Assembly (NCBI GenBank): GCA_024137785.1
Contig: JAHRHZ010000101.1
Location: 389,464 to 453,463, forward strand
Length of the DNA: 64,000 nt
Direction: 5' to 3'
Source: Ginglymostoma cirratum
Taxonomy: Eukaryota
Shown piece after piece: positions 61,294 to 64,000 of the stretch. Below the pieces are notes generated by a model, which was not told the origin of the DNA, made no database searches, and saw nothing but the letters and a program-made list of their open reading frames with translations. Both the position numbers and the translations under genes were made by a program. The stretch's first letter is position 1. Each line of letters begins with the position of its first letter.

Positions 61294-62102
61294 TGGTCGG
61301 GATGAGCTGCGTTCATGTTGAAAGCAACAAAATGTCTTTGATACTCGCAAACTGATCTATGATGTGGGACATCACAGAGCCTCCATCGGGTCAGCGTGCA
61401 GACCGTATTTACATGGCGCAGTGGCATGGAATGTCTCCAGCATGATAGCGGGAACAAGCAGGCTGCACTGCTGCTTCATGTTCCAGGCAAGATGTGTCGT
61501 TCACCATTTTCACTGAATGTGAATGAGGATCGTTATACCACTGCTGATGTGAAATCAAATCCTGCATTAATTCTAATCGCAGTTATTTGCTGTGATGGTT
61601 AAAAGGACGGTAATTGCGATGTGAAATCTCTCATGTCCGTCCTGCAGAAGGGAACTGATGAGCCGCCTTCTCAATCCGCAGCTTTCGTTGCTGTGCAGGC
61701 ACACCTGCATTGTTGATCAGATGGGAAACCCAGCATCTTTGAGACTGTGATTGCTATTCGTCACTTTTCATAGGTACTTCAAATCCTGTCTTTTTAAAAA
61801 TTTTTGAGCATTTTCCGGAAAGTGGAGTTGGACTAAACTCCCAGGATAATTGGAAGCGCAGTTTGGAATTGCCCCTTGAGCAACTGGTTGGTGATACAAA
61901 CAGGTCGAGGCGTCTCGCAGACAGCATTCATGCTTTAGTGTGTCTGCAACTGCATTAGTCTTTTCATTTTGGCTTTGTTTGCACATTAAGTCCTGTCTAT
62001 TTTGGGCTTCACTCGATTAGAGAGAGCCTAACACAGTTATCTTCTTCCAGCTACGAAACCACCCAGATAGCGGTCATCAGGGTTAAAAGCGAAGCAGTCT
62101 TT

Positions 62103-62176
62103 CACCCTTGCGTGGGTTCAAATCACCAACCTTTCGGTTAGTAGCCGAACACGTTAACCAATTGCGCCACAGAGAC
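62103..62176 (-). pseudogene. tRNA-Asn pseudogene (anticodon now ACT)
   Basis: Reverse complement GTCTCTGTGGCGCAATTGGTTAACGTGTTCGGCTACTAACCGAAAGGTTGGTGATTTGAACCCACGCAAGGGTG. Confidence 0.85.
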
Positions 62177-62896
62177 AGGCGCAAGACGCCACTGCAAACA
62201 GACGATTAAACCAGGGGTCAGCAAACGTCGTGTAGTCCGGATGGACAGCGTGAAAAGAGACACTTCGGTTCACCTCATCCATACCGGCCAGATATCCTAA
62301 ATTAGTTTAGTCCCATTTTCCAGCATTTGGTACTTATCTCTCTAAACCCTTCCGATTCATTCATGCATCCAGATGACTTTGAAATCTTGTCATTTCACAG
62401 GCGTCCACAACTTCCTCCGTCAGTTCATTCCGTACACGCACCACCTTCTGCGTGAAAAATGCCCCTCAGCTCCCATTTCATTTTCCCCCTCTCACCTTAA
62501 ATATATGCCCGGTAGTTTTGGACTCGCCCACCTGGTGAAAGAAGATATCGAAAATTCAATCTGTTCATATCCCTCATGACTTTATTTACTTTGAGATGTT
62601 ATTATCCTCCGACGTTGCGGGGAAATTTCGCCCTCCAGTCCAAGCCGCACGACGCTGGCAAGAACGTGATTGACAGGTTTGTACAGGCTGGAAACATCAA
62701 AGGCTGAGGGAACACTGTAGGAAATTGCTGAAAATATGTATTGCAGTAATCAATTCAGTTTAGCACTCTGTCGTTCAGCAATTTCCTCAAAAAAGTCAGG
62801 AACAAATTGTAAAGAGAATCATCTTATCCCAGTTCACAGCTGATTTGCCAACCGATAAGGGATAATCTGAATTATGGAATCTTTATGGCGAGTGTC

Positions 62897-62992
62897 GCTC
62901 CATTGACAGAGTTGGTTAACACACTGTGTTTATTTGAAAGAGTTGAAGTGTGTGCACTACCGAGGTGGTTTGTTCATGACTCTGCTGGCGCA
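62897..62992 (+). pseudogene. tRNA-Ile(TAT) pseudogene with 22-nt intron
   Basis: GCTCCATTGACAGAGTTGGTTAAC..TTTATT[TGAAAGAGTTGAAGTGTGTGCA]CTACCGAGGTGG..CTCTGCTGGCGCA; 96 nt. Confidence 0.65.
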
Positions 62993-63744
62993 GTTTTAAT
63001 TTGTCGTGGGATAAGACCCGAAGGATCAACGACAATTTTGAACAATGTTTATGGGAAATTGCCAGTTTCTGAGCATTTTGAAATGACTCAACGATCGACA
63101 GACGTCTTGGAAATGTTCGAAATCTTAAAAAAATATTTGTGGAGAGAGAATAAAGACGACATTTTTTTCAGATTACAAACGATTCTTCTGTGGCTATTTA
63201 AAATTGCGTTAAGTTGCGGGAAAAAATTGTTTAACCGGCTTCAATTCATTCATTTCGCTGCAAACTACACAAGTCATTGAAACATTCAAAAAGAAATTAG
63301 AATTATCTCATTGAAATGTGCGAATGTTACATTCAACTATGGTCAGAATTTTTATCAGCTTAAAGTAAAGAGCTGCTGAGAGGAAGGGAAAGTTCAACCC
63401 GGAAAGAGACAGAGAATTGTTTGTGGATTTCTTGGGTGGATTTCAGACAGTATGAAAGGTACCCAACATCATCTAAATGTGGTCGAATCATTAAGGCACC
63501 ATTTTAAAGCAGGGATTGCGTCTCGGAGCGAATGTTTCCTTGCGACTCGAGAGGGTCTAACTGAACTTTTTAATTGAAAAAAAAAGTTCAGTTTCATTTA
63601 TAGTTCTTCACGGAGAATGAGGTGTCGATCTTATTCACCTGCACGTGTACAATAAATCTCTTCAGACGGAAAGTCAAAGAAATTTGTAACTATTTCCCAC
63701 CTGCCCACAGACTTTGTCTCACTGTTAAAGTGCCTGCTCAGGGA

Positions 63745-64000
63745 CCTAGAGGTGCAGGTACATAATTCTTTGAAGTTTACATCACATGTAGACAGAGAAG
63801 TTAAACAGACTCTCGGCACGCCTGCCATCATTGCTCAACCGTTTCAGTTTAGCAGTTGGGAAGTCATGTTGTGTTTGCACAAGATGTTGATGAGGCCTAT
63901 TCTGGAATACAATGTGCAGTTCCTGTCGCACAATTACAGGAGGCATATTATTAAGCTGGCGAGTGTTATGAAGAGGTTTACCAGGATGTTGCCTGGTATG
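63745..64000 (+). mobile_element. CR1 LINE RT fragment (runs off the window)
   Basis: ATGAGGCCTATTCTGGAATACAATGTGCAG..AAGAGGTTTACCAGGATGTTGCCTGG; paralog of 11890 and 31450. Confidence 0.85.

Larger units (their letters stand above)
58200..62700 (+). repeat. Degenerate tandem repeat, period about 3.4 kb
   Basis: 58270-59270 repeats at 61650-62640 (GAAGGGAACT.ATGAGCC.CCTTCTC, Asn, CR1 3' end). Confidence 0.85.

Noticed and set aside
153-63831. ORF-track entries as protein-coding genes
   Set aside because: They are short (60-163 aa), often start at non-ATG codons and overlap on both strands. Recognisable motifs belong to decayed CR1, L2 or Penelope elements or to SINEs. Similar peptides such as 33904, 58151 and 60753 only reflect DNA duplications with non-conserved frames.
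1-64000. CRISPR array, prokaryotic operons, histone or rRNA genes
   Set aside because: No regularly spaced short repeats, no long ORFs and no histone or rRNA signature; the sequence is vertebrate repeat-rich DNA.

Overview
Non-coding vertebrate DNA. HE1/V-SINEs, Deu-type SINE remnants, CR1/L2 fragments and Penelope-like ends point to a cartilaginous fish (shark or ray); this is an inference from repeat content. No credible intact protein-coding gene was found, and the ORF track is almost entirely spurious or transposon-derived. The window is a decayed tRNA gene cluster with about 49 tRNA-derived loci in 64 kb (iMet, Ile-TAT, Glu, His, Ser, Arg, Pro, Trp, Thr, Asn, Leu, Val, Lys, Gln). All are degenerate except one near-intact Lys-CTT. 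They sit in a mosaic of direct, tandem and inverted duplicated blocks. The most unusual signal is that all seven tRNA-Pro copies carry an 11-37 nt insertion at the canonical 37/38 intron site, and no intronless Pro copy was seen. Penelope-derived minimal hammerhead ribozyme motifs are scattered throughout. All alignments were done by eye against remembered vertebrate tRNA consensus sequences, so repeat boundaries are approximate.
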